Assembly (NCBI RefSeq): GCF_009914755.1
Contig: NC_060928.1
DNA from: the human T2T-CHM13v2.0 reference genome, Homo sapiens
Length of the DNA stretch: 64,000 nt
Strand: one strand, 5' to 3'
Below the pieces are notes generated by a model that saw nothing but the letters and a program-made list of their open reading frames with translations, had not been told where the DNA came from and ran no database searches. Below are positions 29,901-43,392 of this stretch, piece by piece (position 1 is the stretch's first letter; every line of letters begins with the position of its first letter). Position numbers and translations under genes: made by a program.

Positions 29901-30769
29901 ATAGTCTGATGGAAGGAGCATTTGTTGGTCTTCATAAATAAAGCTCTAAAGGTGGAAAAGAAAAAAATGTTTTGGTAAATGACATGTTGGATATTGTAAA
30001 TTTTACTTTATTCATTTTATAAATAATAATAGAAATTGTGGGAGCAGGAGCAAATCTTAAACCATCCAAGATAGGTAAAATTCCTCTATAACTTCTAGGG
30101 CACAGGAAGTAGTCTAGAAGGTGTGAATGAACTTGTCCTCCACCCCCAACATGAAAAGACATTTAGTTTTGTTTAGTTTCTTTAGTTTTTTAGCTCCTAT
30201 GTAGAAATGAGACAGCCCAAGGAAAAATCCATGCCTATTGTCTGTTAGCAAACATTTGATCAGAAAATTTCTTTCCTGGTCAAACAAAGACAACCATCAT
30301 GGGTATGAGGAAACAGTTTCTTGCAGCATCATAAGGGAAGGTAAAGTTATATGAAATAATGTTAAGAAAGATACAAGGGAAAAGAAGATGAAAATAAATG
30401 GGACCCAAATTAGACAAATGACAATACACTGAAATAAAAAGTGAATCATGGGAGGAAGAAGAAAGGATTGCACATGCATTAAAATTGATACCCACTGCCT
30501 GACAAAGGCAAAAATAAATAAATGAAATTTATATTCATGACAGAGTTAAAAAGGAATAAAAGTAATTGAAGGTAATCAAAAGAGAAATTCTTCTACAATG
30601 TAGGTAGGAAAAAAAACACAAAAGATGTGGAAATGATGACTGTGAACTTGCACATATAGAAGTCATATAACAGCTGTAACAAATTAAATCTAGGGAAAGT
30701 GGAAAGCATACCTGAAGGGAACAAATATCATGTGTCCATTCTTGTTCTAATAACTTTATGCATACTAAT

Positions 30770-30905
30770 TGAATTCTCACAAAACGCTACAAGGTACTTA
30801 CTGATGTCATTATACTTACTTTACAAATAAGGCACAAAAATAACCCAAAGAGGGTAAGCAATGCAAAAACTAATGCATAGTAGGGACAGGATTGTAACTC
30901 AGTTT
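30770..30905 (-). mobile_element. MIR fragment
   Basis: ATTCTCACAAAAC...TTTACAAATAAGG...AGAGGGTAAGCAA. Confidence 0.45.
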
Positions 30906-31114
30906 CAAGTACAGCCCTCCTTCAAGAACATTCTATTGGAAAGATGTATATTTTTGTATTTAAAATTTTTGTGTATGAACAAAGGATAGGATGGCCATAG
31001 TAAAGACCTGCAAGTGTACTATAAAATTAGTGCAATACAAAAAATAAAAACAAAAAGTTTTTCCCTTGAGTTTTTTGGAAATTTTCAGTTTTCAGGTATT
31101 ATATTTACCGAGAT

Positions 31115-31230
31115 GCATATGCATACACTTACACATGTATGTATATGTATATGTATATGTATATGTGTGTGGGTATGTGCATATATTTGCATATAAATGA
31201 GCATAGATATATGTGTGTGTGCACATGTGT
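31115..31230. repeat. (TATATG)n/(TG)n simple repeat
   Basis: Direct reading. Confidence 0.85.
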
Positions 31231-31689
31231 GTTGGGAGGGAGAAAGAGAAACATGATATTTATAGGAGAAAGAAAAAGATATTTCTTCACGTATTACCTT
31301 ACATCTATGGCAAGCCCCCTTTTTAGTCACAGAGTGGAGATTGAATAATAATAAGGAAAATTTCCCTTACACCATTGTAAGAAGATGGTTATCATCCCTC
31401 CTAAAAAAATAAGACAAATAAATCACCTAGAATATTTATAACAAACTGAATCACCCATTAAATCAGTGAATCACAGTCCTTATAAAATAGAATTATCTTT
31501 TTATTTTTAGGGGTTTGTATCATTACACGGAGATTGCTGCTTTTATCATTCCATTTAATAACGTTATAAATATTTGGGAACAAAATATATTTACATGTAA
31601 ATAAATGGCAGGTTAACAGGGTTGTTTATCTGCAAATTATTGTTGAGGGACCATATTCAGTAGTAACAATAACCGAGATGAGTGGCTTA

Positions 31690-32050
31690 TGCTTTGATGT
31701 CTCAGAAAATTTGGGTTCAGATCTTGACTTTTGACATCCTTTGTATGACGCTGGTCATGAATTTTAATACATTTAGGCATCAGATTCCTCCTCAGTAAAA
31801 AAAGTGTGATATTCACTCATCAACGTAATAATTGTGAATATTATATAAATGCATTTTACATTTCCTAATGATACTCTTTAATAATATATCAAGCATAAAT
31901 GTAACAAATGCATTCTGTGTACCAGATACTGTTTGAAGTGATAATACTTAAAATAATATTATAAAATACTTTCTATTATTATCATTGCTCTACAGATGAG
32001 AAGACTTAAAAAGAGAGAGATTAAGTGACTTGTTCAAGATCACTTATTTA
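31690..32050. mobile_element. Two MIR fragments in opposite orientation
   Basis: TTGGGTTCAGATCTTGACT...CATCAGATTCCTCCTCAGTAAAA (+) and TACAGATGAGAAGACT...TTAAGTGACTTGTTCAAGATCAC (-). Confidence 0.5.
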
Positions 32051-35000
32051 GACTCAAATCTGAATTTATGCTTCCTAACGTAACTTTCCCTAATAGGTTT
32101 TTTTTTTTTTTGAGAGGAACAGAAAGTCAGATGTTGCACAACTTTAAGGGGCAAATGGGATCCTTCCATTTCCTGTTCAGCCTTAACGAAGAAAAATGGG
32201 AAAAATGAGTGTTAACAGTGTGAACAAGGCAGGAGATTAGTGAACAAAGAACAGCAACCTATATTCAAGTTCATTGAAATCATTCATTTGACTGAGAAAA
32301 TCCTAAATTGAGTTGACTAAATTTGATATGAATTGACTGTAACTGCATATTTGAATTTGGAGCTTAAGGTGAATCATTACCTCCTACTATTTTTCATTAT
32401 CAAATTATCAGAAATTTTTATAGCTTTTGTTAAGGGATTCAGTAGGGGAGGGAAAACAAATATAAAGAAAAATCATTTATTTAACCCTAAACTCTCTTAA
32501 TACTGTTTTGGATTAATATTTTATAATAACATTAAGAATTGAAGATGGTTACACCAATTTTTTTTTCTAGAAATAAACATCACATTAATGATAAATCTGG
32601 CATTTCTTTCACATTTTCTGGTGAGTGGGTTCATTTCCATAATGTTTCAAAGAGCCAAATAACTTATAAATTATATATATGTATATATAATTATATTCCC
32701 TCTACATTTCTGACTCTGTAAATATTTCCGATTTTTCCTTCATAGTAACAACTTCCTTTTTTTAAAAAAAAATAGGTAGCAATAGATTAATGGCTATTTA
32801 AATAGAAAATCAACAGATTAATAATCTGACCAGTCATACTACCAATAAAGTCAACTAATTAGACATTTTCTGAAAGATACTTTTTGTTGGCTAGAGATGT
32901 GACTTCTTAAACATAAACTTTTTGGGGGTGGAGACCTTGTCTGTCTTTTACTATAATATCGCTAATGCCTAAGAAAATGCCTCTCTCATCCTATGTGACA
33001 AGTAAAAATTTGTTTGATTGATTTAAACCCTATTAGGCCAGCTTGCACATTTAGGCATTGTGCCTAATTGTGCATTGAAATCCTCTATATAGTTGGGTGA
33101 GAAAAGCGTTGTTATATTTGATGAGATTCTTGAACTATTTGGAATCTTCAGGACCACTAAACAAAGTTATCATCAATATCCCTTGATATAGTAAACCACT
33201 AATCTTGCAGAAAAGAAATTGATTTTGGCTTATGTTTGGGATTCCAATATACAGGCATATATTTGATGGGAGGAGGAGTAGGAGAGATAAATAATTTATT
33301 AGGAGAAATTTGCCACAGGTGAAGACATCTGACAGAGTGGGTCAGATTGTGCAGTGCAGCATGAATCTCAGAGGGTGATAATAGGGATAAGATGAAGCAG
33401 TATCTATGTGTCTCTGACTCAACTCACCCAATAGATTTTTTTTTCCCCTCTCACCTTCATCCTCCATTAATTAACACTTCTAGGAAATGTCTATATGGTC
33501 TGGGTAAAAAGGAACTGAGTCACTAAGGACCTAAAGCATGCTGTGGAGACTCCCTCTAAAACAGAGAAGAGATGATTACCATCCAGATAACCAGAGTAGT
33601 GAGGGAAAAAAACAACATATCTAAAAGCTCGAAGAAGTTGTGCTAATAGTGCAGGAAGCAGCTTGTGGACAGATGGAAGTCAAGTTAGCAGTCCACCGAA
33701 AGTTGTTTATAGGATGAATACGCTCACACACAGTAACAAAGAAAAAGCCATTAAATATGCGAGCAGATACAAACCACGGAGACAATAGAGATGTGAGCAG
33801 CAATCATGATTATATGAGGGAAACCCCTTGACCATATCTACTTAACCCCTTACCTCACTTTCCTATGGTCCCCTAGAGCTCCTCCTACCACCATTCTTCC
33901 ATGACCATATTCTAGCTTGTAGGAGTGGAGAAAAGCTCTCCCGACCTTGTTCTAAAAAATGTGGAATACATTTGAGAATTTTTCAAAGGCTGGTAGTTTT
34001 ACTAACCCACAGCTTATAAGCATCACACTTTAGATAATCAAGAAGACATTTGACTGTCTGTATATTGGCATATCTATTTTCTGTCTGTTTCAGAAATTAT
34101 TTAGTGCTTCAGGAGTGAAAATGTCAATATAAATTGGCAGGGGGCGGGGGTGATTTGGAATCATGGCAATTGTTGATAAAACTATAAGTAGTTTTGTTTA
34201 TCCAGCAGGATGATTGAAAATGTGGGTTCTCAGAGATTATATCATATTTTCAAGATGATCTTTTATGACCTTTTACCTTCTAAGTCTCTTTGTACATGTG
34301 AGTAATGGGAAACCTATGGTTGGTTCTATTCCTGTTATAATAGAGAATATTGAACTACAAACTTTTATAGCTAAAAGTTATTGTGTTATGAGGCATTGTG
34401 GAGCATATGTTAGTTTAGGAAATAGTACTTACTTCTGCTATAGTGATTGAAATACTTGGCCTTAGCTTGATATTACACCTGATGTGTAAGTCTATCCCAG
34501 GGGAGTTGACACAAACCTCTCCTAAAATTAACAGAGATAAATGTAATTTTTCCAGGTGCATACACTGTAAATAACTGCACATAATAAATATATCTTCCTT
34601 CCTATTTCCTACTTGTTTTCTTTTAGTCTTGGATTAGAAATGCTAAATTTTAATGTTATTTACATATTTCTTACTTTGAATGATAGAAGAAGATCAATTG
34701 AGAATAATTTTGTTTTGATTCTAATTTACTATTGTAAGACGAAATTTTCAAGCAATTATCCTGAGTATTTTTGTATTAAACTCCATGAGTGTACAGTTTA
34801 CATGAAAAAAACAACTTTTTCACTTCTCTTTGGGATAAAGAATCAACTTTTTGAAGTAAGCACATTGAGTTTTTGTAGCATGTTGACGTATATATGTATT
34901 AAAAAGTGATTGTTCTACTTGGAGCTGGAAAAACCAATTTATTAGAGTAGTACTCTAATAAAGTAGAAGAATATTTACAAATAAAGATCATCAAGTTCAC

Positions 35001-35425
35001 TTGAATTAGCTAGAACTTTTACTTACATTGTTGTATGTTTTGGTAAATATATAACTAGACTGTGTTCTTTTCCTTTTACTATTTCCATAAAAAAAAAAAA
35101 AACCTAAATGTCTATAAAGAGCCAAGGTTTATTCACAGCATAAATGTTCTGGAGGAAAGTAACCTAATTTCAAAACTTGAAAGCTTAGAGTCACTTTTTC
35201 CTAGTGAGCAATATTCTCAAGTATGAAATCTAGAGTACTGGATTAAATATTTGTGACTAATATCAAAATGATTGATTAGGGGTTTCATATAAACGTTTGA
35301 TAGCTATTAAATGTAATTGGTAGCCTTAAAAGTGGCCAAGTGACTTTAATAAAAGTGCTAAATATTGTAAGGTAGATTCCTATATTTGATAGGAATAACA
35401 GAGAATTTTCCTTTAAGTCTCTTTA

Positions 35426-35794
<369 letters not shown>

Positions 35795-36960
35795 AAATGT
35801 AATGAAAAGTAACTTATATTATCCAAGTCTAAAGTTAGCAAAAATCTAATCAAAACCAAGATTGATCATTGTATTAAAATATAATTTTTAATAATATTTT
35901 TGAGCATGTGTGATATTGGTCTATATATATTATTTCATTTCGTTGTTATAACAACTGAAAAAACTGAGTTTCATAAACACCTAGAATTTGCCAAATTATG
36001 CTGGGTAAAAAGTTTGGATATGAATCTAAGATTTTCTGATTCCAAAAACTAAGCAATTGTTTTTGTTTTGTTTTTACTTTGATTAAAAATGAGGGAAGCT
36101 TATGTAAAATTTGGAAATAAAACTAAAACCCTTTTTAAAAAGGATGCAGAAATGTAGAATTGGGGAGAGTTAAGAGTAGACATTTGGTCAATTTGCCCTC
36201 AAAAGACATGAGTCCAAGATCATGTAATATGTGAGCTCCAATCAATACCAGAATCTCCTTGAAACTCACATTTTTTCCCTGAAAAAAAAAAAGAGGATCA
36301 TTTCTATCACGTACGCAAGATTTCTCTCACAGATCAGAATAATTTTTGTGTTATGTACGTGTAAGAAAACATAGCTATTATGATATGGAAACTAGGAGTG
36401 AAATATGAGGCATTTGTGCCTTTTCTGAAATGGTAAAAAAAAAAAAAAAATCCCATTCAGTCTCTTCTCTCCTTCTTTTACTTCTGCCCCCATTCAAAAA
36501 TAAATTTTTATATACAGGGTGAAGTTAAACATAATGTCTGCAGTAGAGGAAGAAAATGAGACACTGAAATAAAATGCAATTAATATCCAAGAAAAGCAAA
36601 AGCAAAAAAAAAGAACATGATAACTGTGATTTTTACCACCTTCTATTTCATTTTATATTAACAAAACGTTATTTAAATGTCAAATATAGTATCACGCAGA
36701 AGTAGAACACATACACTAATGCTGATCAATAATGATTTAAGGGCAGAAAGAGTCAATATAGTATAATGCGCCAATTATCTAGTAAAATAGAGCAATATAT
36801 GAATACTTTGAGTATTCATTGAGTAATTCATTTACTCAAATTGAGTAAAGTGTATATTACAGATGCATTGTGTGGAAAAATGGCGTTTAATAACACCTTG
36901 GAAAGCAATGGGAAGGCTGACTATTACTTTGTAATTAAATAATAAGATAGTTAACATAAG

Positions 36961-37270
<310 letters not shown>

Positions 37271-37385
37271 TAATGTAAATGAATTAATGGGTACAGCACA
37301 CCTACATGGCACATGTATACATATGTAACAAACCTGCACGTTGTGCACATGTACTCTAAAACTTAAAGTATAATAATAAAAAAAT
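37271..37385 (+). mobile_element. Very short L1PA 3' end nested in the Alu tail
   Basis: ATGGCACATGTATACATATGTAACAAACCTGCACGTTGTGCACATG...AACTTAAAGTATAAT; TSD ATAATAATAA. Confidence 0.9.
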
Positions 37386-39456
37386 ATAATAATAAAATAG
37401 TTAACGTAAGGGATGTAGTCTGCAAGCAATTTATTATTGTAACTGGCAACAGATACCTGACATTTAAAAATTATTTTCTTTATAAATTCTTTCTAATCAT
37501 GCAAAGAGGGAAATGAAGAGAGACATAACTTCATTTTGAGGAAAATGAGGTGACTGAAATGTACTTGACTTACTAAAGGTCACCAGTGCTGCGAGGGATC
37601 CCAGGCAAGAATGCTGATCTTGATGAATAGTGCAGGTCATAACTGTTCTCAGTTGAGAGAGAAGGTAAGAAAAATGTTGCCATTATGTCTTTTAGGTGAG
37701 GGCTATCTTATTTTGGCACAGGAACTTAACATGATGGTTAAGCACAGGCGTTGGAGTAAGCAGAAATTTGAGTTCTTATGTTTGTTACATGTTTGGTGAT
37801 CTCAGCTATGATTTCGTGTTGGTTTTTCTTCACTCACATCTAAGAGAGTAGTACACATATTTAAATTGTGTATGCAAAATGCTTGGCAAAATACCAGTAT
37901 ATGTTAATTCTAAATAAACAACAAGTTATTTTTATTAATGATTTTATTTATATTTTTCAAAAATTCTATGATGATTCTGACCTTTAAACCAAGATATTTG
38001 ATGACAAGTACCATACCTGTTTCATCCATATCCTTTAATAGCTGCTTAAAATATCTGGTGAATAAATAAATAAATGTATGGGTAGATAGAATTTATTTTA
38101 GAACATATCATAAGGGAGAAAGCTGGGTAACATTATATGTAAAATTTAAGCCAAATTTCCTGCCCAGAGCTGTTATCTCTAGTTTAGAACTCTAGAAATG
38201 TATCGTCTCTTTACTGGGATCTTTCTCTGTAACAAGAATTTATAAGGCTGAAATTCTACAGATAAGAGGATACCTTCCACAGGATGAAATTGACTCAATC
38301 ATCTTTGGCCCTTTGTTGTACATAGCATAGGGTCTATATTAGCCTTGCTTTTAAAATTCAGTAATCTCCTGTAATCTATTACTTCAAAGATGTGTCATTG
38401 TTTGCATATTCAGCAGCACTCTTTCCAAGAAATAAAAAATGATTCATTTTGTGTTATATGAACAATATATTTGGAAGAAGAGAAATCAATACATGTAAAT
38501 TCATTACATCCAGATGCTCCTCCTTCCAAACTAACCATTAAATGAAAGAGATTAATAAAATAAAATTGAAATAGCATATAATCTTTATGTGTATTTCAGC
38601 AGTGAAATTTGACGTAATTCACCAACTTTCTCATGGCGTTTTCTTTCTGCATTTTATAGCTTAGTCTGATGTTCATTTGGATAAATTTAGAAAGCTAACA
38701 CCTCATTTTATGCAGCTGAAGTGTAAGATTAAGTAGAGTAGAAACCTTGCTAATTATCACTTCTCTGATCTACACACCTGATACTTCTTGCAAAGAGTTT
38801 TTAGCAAATATTAAAAAGAGGTCATGTATCAAAGCATTATTTTTATATCTCCACATTTAAGTAGAAATTTGAGAATACATATGTGCATTTAATGTTTTAA
38901 CAAATACCTTTAGTGTATGTATAACATAATGTCACTGATTAAATATAACTTCAAGTAATAAATTGCTAGGAAATATTTTATATCATCTCTCTCTATTCTT
39001 TTTAGTCCTCTCCACCACAATACATTTCCTTATGTATTTCTGAAACTTTCCTTAGGGCTTTCTAGATGGCCATTAGCTAGGAAGATGTCCAGCTATAACC
39101 CCAAAGCAACTTGGCACAGAGAGTGCTTCCACGCAGCTCTGCTTTTGATTTTATCTTTGAAAATAGAATGTTTAAATAGAAAAAGATGAAGTAATAGATA
39201 TTCATCTGACAATGGGAAAGTGATATAGATTTTTTTCCAGCTCTATTAAAGTATAATTGGAAAATAAAAGTCATATATATATACATACATATATATATAG
39301 AAGATGTACAATGTGGTGTTTTGATATACATATACAATGTTAAATAATTAGAACAATAGGGTAATTAACATACCCATCACCACACATAGTTAACTTTTTG
39401 TGTATACATGTGTGGTGACAATATATAAGATTTATTCTCTTAGCAAATTTCAAATA

Positions 39457-39783
39457 CAATCTTCCCTCTGTATTGAACACTGGGATTGGTTCCAGGACCC
39501 TTGACAGATACCAAAATGCACAGATGTTCGATACCCTTATATAAAATGGTGTAGTATTTGCATATTACATACACACAGCCGCTTGTATACTTTAAACATC
39601 TCTAGAATACTTATAATACCTAATGAAATGTAAATGCTATGTAAATATTATAATTATTACATTGTATTTTTTATTTGTATTAATTTTTGTTGCATTGTTA
39701 TTTTTATTCTTCTTTCAAATGTTTTGGATCCGCAGTTGGTTGAATCTGTAAATGTGGAACCTATGGATATGGAGGGGCAACTG
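39457..39783 (+). mobile_element. MER2 DNA transposon (Tigger-type MITE)
   Basis: GGATTGGTTCCAGGACCC...GATACCAAAAT...CCCTTATATAAAATGG; degenerate TIRs flanked by TA. Confidence 0.88.
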
Positions 39784-40104
39784 TATACTTCACATTATTA
39801 TTAACCCTAGCCATCAGATCTCCAGAATTTATTCAATTTATAACTGCAAGTTTGTATCTTTTGACCAACACTTCCTCATTTCCCTCTTACCCACCCTACC
39901 ACATCCCACAGCCCCTGGTAAGTTATCCTTCTACTCTTTGCATCTATGAGTTAAACTATTTTAGGTTCCACATATGAGATCATGCAGTATTTGTCTTTCT
40001 GTGTCTCGTTTATTTCACTTAGTATAAATTGTCCCGATTCTTCTTTGTTGTTACAAATAACAGCATCTGCTTCTTTTTAAGGTTGAATAGCATTCCTTGA
40101 TAGA

Positions 40105-40440
40105 TCATATATATATGTGTGTGTGTGTATATATATACCATTATATAATATATACCATTATATATATTATATATGGCATATAATGATATATAATATATAC
40201 CATTATGTAATATTCCATTATATATGTGACCCGTATTTCATCTCATATATATGCAATATTATATAATGGTATATATTATATGCCATTATATGTGACCTGT
40301 ATTCCATCATATATATGATATGATTCATATGGATCATATATGATATGGATCATATATGATATTCATATGGAATCATATATATGATGGTATACAGGTCACA
40401 AATATAATGGAATATTATTCATCCACATATTCATATATAT
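40105..40440. repeat. TA-rich expansion with direct and inverted copies
   Basis: CCATTATATA units; 40291-40319 is inverted at 40372-40400. Confidence 0.85.
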
Positions 40441-40756
40441 TTCTTTATTCATTCATCCATCAATGAACACTTAGTTTATTTTCATATCTTGGCTATTGTG
40501 TGTAATGTCATTATAACATGAGAGTGCAAATGTCTCTTCAAGATAGTGATTTTATTTTCTTCTAATATATACCCAGAAGTGAGGTTCCTTGCTCACATGG
40601 TATTACCGTTCTATTATTTATTTTTTAGAAAGTTCCATACTACTTTTCATAATGGCCGTATTAATATATATTCCCATAAACAATCTATAAAGATCACCTT
40701 TTCCCCATATCCTTTCCAACACGTGTTATCTTTTGGATTTTTTTATAATAGCTAGC

Positions 40757-41304
40757 TGTGGTGGTTAATATTGAGTTTCAACTTGATTGGATTGAAGAAT
40801 GCAAAGTATTGTTCCTGGGTGTGTCTGTGAGAGTGTTGCCAAACGAGATTAACATTTGAGTCTGTGGACCAGGAGAGGCAGACCCACTTTCAATCTGGGT
40901 GGGCACCATCTTATCAGCTGCCAGTGCAGCTAGAATAAAGCAGGCTGAAGAAATCGGAAAGGGCAGACTAGCTGAGTCTTCTGACCTCTGTTTGTCTCCC
41001 TTGATGAATGCTTCCTGCCCTCGAACATCAGACTCCAAGTTCTTCATCTCTTGGACTCTTGGACTTACACCAGTGATCTGACAGGGGCTCTGGGGCTTTC
41101 AGCCACAGACTGAAGGCTGCACTATTTGTTTCCACACTTTTGAGCTTTTGGGACTTGGACTGGCTTCCTCACTCCTCAGCTTGCAGATGACATATCTTGG
41201 GACTTCACCTTGTGTTCTTGTGAGTCAATTCTCCCAATAAACTCCTCTTCATGTATACATATATCCTATTAGTCCTATCCCTTTAGAGAACGCTGACAAA
41301 TATA
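40757..41304 (+). mobile_element. MLT2A solo LTR (HERV-L), MLT2A2-like length
   Basis: TGTGGTGGTTAATATTGAGTTTCAACTTGATTGGATTGAAG...CCCTTTAGAGAACGCTGACAAATATA. Confidence 0.9.
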
Positions 41305-41369
41305 GTATTCTAACACAAATAAGGGATATCTCTTTTTGATTTGATTTGCATTTACCTGATGATTAGTGA

Positions 41370-41681
<312 letters not shown>

Positions 41682-42640
41682 TAGTACCTTTTTTATATAC
41701 CTGTTGGACATTTGTAAGGATTTTAAAAATATATCTATTAAAGTCCTTTGCCCATTTTTAAATCAGTTTTTCTCACTGAGTTGAATGAGTTACTTATATA
41801 TTTTGGATAATAACCCCTTAACAGATATGTGTGGTTTACAGATATTTTCTCTCATATTGCAAGTTGATATTGTAATATGTTGTAAGAAAATGAAAATGTA
41901 ACTTACAATATTGTAAGAATTTATAGTTGGGTTTTTTTGCTGAAGTCTTGAATCCACTTCGTGTTGATTTTTATGTATGGTGTAAAATAAATATCCAATT
42001 TTATTCTTTTACTTGTTAATATCCAATTTTCCCAAAACCATATAATAAAGTGACTATTTTTTTCAGTGTGTATTCTTTAAGACTTGAATATTAGCTGGCC
42101 ACATATGGGTGAGTTTATTTCTGTGCTTTCTATTTTGTTCCATTTGTCTTTATGTCTGTTTTTACGCCAGTCCCATACAGTTTTGATGACTGTAGCTTTG
42201 TAATATGATATTAAATTAGGAAGTGTGATGCCTCCAGTTTTGTTCTTTTTGCTCAAGATGCTTTAACTCTTCTGGATCTTTTCTGGTTCACATAAATTTG
42301 ACAAGTGTATTTTCTATTTCCATAAAAAATACCATTGAAATCTTGATAAGGATTGCATTGAATCTATAGACTGCTTCATGTAGTATGCACATTTTCAAAA
42401 TATTAATTATTCTTATCCATGAACGTAGAACATCTTTTCATTTATGTGTGTCTTATTTAGTTTCTTTCATCAATGTTTTATAGTTTTCAGTGCACCGATT
42501 TTTCACCTCCTAGGTTAAATTTATTTATAAGTATTCCATTTTTGATACTATTGCAAATGGATTTTTTTCTTAATTTCTTTTTGGAATAGTTCATTGTGAA
42601 TGAATAGCAATGTTACTTATTTTTGAATCTTCATTTTTTA

Positions 42641-43392
42641 ATTATTATTATTATACTTTAAGTTTTAGGGTACATTTGCACAACATGCAGGTTTGTTACA
42701 TATGTATACATGTGCCATGTTGGTGTGTTGCTCCCATTAACTCGTCATTTAGCATTAGGTTTATCTCCTAATACTATCCGTCCCCCCTCCCCCCACCCCA
42801 CAACAGTCCCCAGTGTGTAATGTTCCCCTTCCTGTGTCCATGTGTTCTCATTGTTCAATTCCCACCTATGAGTACGAACATGCGGTGTTTGGTTTTTTGT
42901 CCTTGTGATAGTTTGCTGAGAATGATGGTTTCGAGCTTCATCCATGTCCCTACAAAGGACATGAACTCATCATTTTTTATGGCTGCATAGTATTCCATGG
43001 TGTATATGTGCCACATTTTCTTAATCCAGTCTATCATTGTTGGACATTTGGGTTGGTTCCAAGTCTTTGCTATTGTGAATAGTGCCACAATAAGCATACA
43101 TGTGCATGTGTCTTTATAGCAGCATGATTTATAATCCTTTGGGTATATATGCAGTAATGAGATGGCTGGGTCAAATGGTATTTCTAGTTCTAGATCCCTG
43201 AGGAATCGCCACACCAACTTCCACAATGGTTGAACTAGTTTATAGTCCCACCAACAGTATAAAAGTGTTCCTATTTCTCCACATCCTCTCCAGCACCTGT
43301 TGTTTCCTTTTTAATGATCACCATTCTAACTGGTGTGAGATGGTATCTCGTTGTGGTTTTGATTTGCATTTCTCTGATGGCCAGTGATGATG
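42641..43392 (-). mobile_element. 5'-truncated, relatively young L1PA (about PA4-5)
   Basis: Perfect 17-bp TSD TGAATCTTCATTTTTTA; ORF 42855..43226 is the L1 ORF2 C-terminus. Confidence 0.95.

Noticed and set aside
36282-36450. Segment between two A-runs, possible processed pseudogene or orphan transduction
   Set aside because: No polyA signal, convincing TSD or recognisable source
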